Of a stretch of DNA of 49,545 nt, positions 47,057 to 49,545 are shown piece by piece. Below the pieces are notes generated by a model that was not told where the DNA came from, made no database searches, and saw only the letters and a list, made by a program, of their open reading frames with translations. Both the position numbers and the translations under genes were made by a program. Within the stretch, counting starts at the first letter, position 1. Every line of letters begins with the position of its first letter. Source of the stretch: Octopus bimaculoides (taxonomy: Eukaryota); the NCBI RefSeq assembly GCF_001194135.2, contig NC_068982.1, forward strand, positions 35,955,154-36,004,698, in the 5' to 3' direction.

Positions 47057-49545
47057 GTTCGACTAAAGGCGGTGTTCCAGCATCGCCGCAGTCAAGCGCC
47101 CATGCGTCGTGTCCCCTCTCCTCGTCACCGATTTTATCTAAGAGAAAGGCATAGGTAAATTACAGCTTGGTACTAGTGATGTCGCAACTAATTTTTATAG
47201 CTGAGCAACGTGAAATAAAATGTTTCGCTCAAGAGCACAACCCACAGTCCGGTCCGGGAATCGAACTCACCACCTCATGATTGTGAGCCCGACGTCCTAA
47301 TCACTGAACCATTCAAGAAAATCAACAGTTATATATATATCTGTATGTGTCTATCACCCAGCACGGCTTGATAACTGGTGCTGGTTTGTTTACATCCCCG
47401 TAAACTAGCGGTAAAAGTGACCGATGGAATAAGTATCAGGCTTTAAAAATCATTAGTTGAGTAAAAACCCTTGCAGGCGGTGTCCCGACGTAGCCACAGT
47501 CTACTGAAACAAGTAAAAGAAGAGTATTTTGTTTTTCCACAGAAATTGTATCTTTACAACTGTGAGAGAATCAATTAGATTTTACTTCATTATCTCCCTT
47601 TTGGTTTCAAAGTCTGATCAATAGAGGTCTCTACAATCATTCTTGGCTATAAATTCATTTGGCTTTCCTTTCCTCTTTCTTTTCGAGTATCGCCATGCGA
47701 AGTTTAGTTTTCAAAGTGTTTTGTGTAGGTTTGCTACTTAAAAAGTAATGACTAACGTTATATGTGAATTTCCCGCTACACGTAAAAGAAACAGGTTATT
47801 TCACAGCATAAATACGTACCATATTAATTTCCTTCAGTAAGACATTTAGTTGAAAAATAATTTCGGATGTATACTTTATTTGTTGTTGTAATTAATGACT
47901 TAGGATTTAATTGCAGTTTTTGGGGGAACAGCAAGCACATGCAGATAAATTTCCACATGTACCTGTCCAGGTAATGAGCAATATCTTTGTAATGATGATG
48001 ATGTCTGATTTGATTCCTGATAAATTCAAATTAGCTCTATCTGAACTACCTTGCATAGTGCTATTTTTAAATTTCATTCATCCTTGAAATTTCTAAAAAT
48101 ACATGCGGCTATCTTCCATTTTAATTTCGCTGGGAAAAAATTTATATGTTATTAATATTCATCAATTTGTTGATTACTTTTCTACCTTCATTCAGATGTT
48201 TCCACAAATTTCCATCCACTTCTAGAAATGTACGGATCTAGTTTCAGATACACGACAATATATATTATCTTTATTTATAGTATCGTGTTCAAGTATATTC
48301 CTAAAAGCGTGCATGTTGGTTATTGGAGCGGGATAGTTTATTCACAAGATTAACAGGTAATGTTACTTGTAAAGTCTTCTTATGATGTTAGTTAATCTAT
48401 TACTGATGTTCAAACAAACGATGTTATGACTTCACCAACGCTGAGGAAGACTTTCTAGTAACTTTTGAAATAGAGTTTGCTTTTTTTTTATATTTTTAGT
48501 AATTTTATTCATGTAATTTGCAGTTTATTCTGAATATTTGCGAATGTTTAGATGCATTCCATAATTTGTGTAGAAAAATGAAAGGTACAACTGAAACGAT
48601 ATTTTGGGGGATTAATTTAGCATGGCATAAATATATAACGTTGCGTTATTTAAAAAAAAAACTAATTGTTTTCTTTATGAAATCGCGTAAACTTTTAAAC
48701 TGAAGTTCATGTGTTGCTTTCTGCGCTCATCTAGAAAATATATAGTTGGGAACGTATTTATTAGTGGTGATACTACTTAAGAAGAGTGGACCCGACTCGC
48801 GCCAGTCGAGGGGCGCACGCACAAGTCATTGGCACCCGCGATAAAAATTAAAATAACGCCCTGCTATCTATCTGTCTATCTACCTAATAAAACAAACAAC
48901 CAACTGAATGAATGAAAATAAAACAAATTTTGAATTTGAAATAAGATGTTACTCAATTGCTTTTCAGCACAGCCTTCGAAGTAATGGGGAGCATCTTTTT
49001 ATGGAAAAATGGTTCGGAAACCTTTTTTCTCCCCTCGCCCTCTTACTGATGATACTAATGGACCACATGCGTACTCCACTGATGGGATATAAGCATCAAC
49101 AAAAAAATGGCAATTTAAATTTGTACCCCCACCATAATTAAGCGAGGCTGTGTGTGTAAGAAATAAATATTTTCTAATGGATGAGTATGCTATTAAAATG
49201 AATTATCTTTAACATACTTATTTTTTAAAAATCACTGGATAAATGCCAGAAATGACCTCAGGCTCTCCAATATTTTAAATTATTAACAGAAACAATCAGG
49301 GGTGGGAAGTGAGGTTGAAAAAAAAAAGTTTTCAATTGATTTTTGGCGGCGACGGACTATATGTAATCTGAACCTCCCCCCCCCTTATTATTATTTTTTT
49401 TTGATCTTGTTCAAAACGGGGGCACCAGTTTTCATTTATGTTTTATGTAGTGTTTTTGGTATCGAAAGACTTTCAAACTTCGTATACTTATCTATTTTGT
49501 GTTATAGAACAAAAAAAATTTTGTATTCGGATTTATTTGATGTAA

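Noticed and set aside
1-49545. CRISPR arrays, rRNA, operons or prokaryotic defence systems
   Set aside because: The sequence is intron-rich eukaryotic DNA; no regularly spaced repeat-spacer array or rRNA similarity was seen.

Overview
AT-rich, repeat-dense animal genomic DNA with three N gaps. The SINE/LINE complement looks like an octopus (cephalopod) genome; this is an inference. The only host gene I can support is ARMC8 (armadillo-repeat subunit of the CTLH/GID E3 ligase) on the minus strand. It has 13 coding exons from the ATG at 28933 to 11413, 1359 nt or 453 codons, and reads open across all junctions. The C-terminal third of the protein was not found in the window. The rest is transposon debris: an internally deleted mariner, CR1/L2 and RTE LINE fragments, tRNA-derived SINEs, MITEs, a Ty3/Gypsy gag-protease remnant and microsatellites. 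The most interesting unannotated signals are: (1) a type I hammerhead ribozyme fold at 1924-2009; (2) a ~310-bp-arm fold-back of a Gypsy gag/zinc-knuckle region ~1.8 kb upstream of the ARMC8 start codon; (3) a 55-codon open read-through after the 'IRKK' exon that would give an ARMC8-beta-like short isoform; (4) a probable GC-AG intron; (5) a long intronic hairpin; (6) a Merlin-like MITE with a perfect 9-bp TSD; (7) an orphan promoter/first-exon-like element near 43.9 kb. Nearly all ORFs in the supplied track are spurious.
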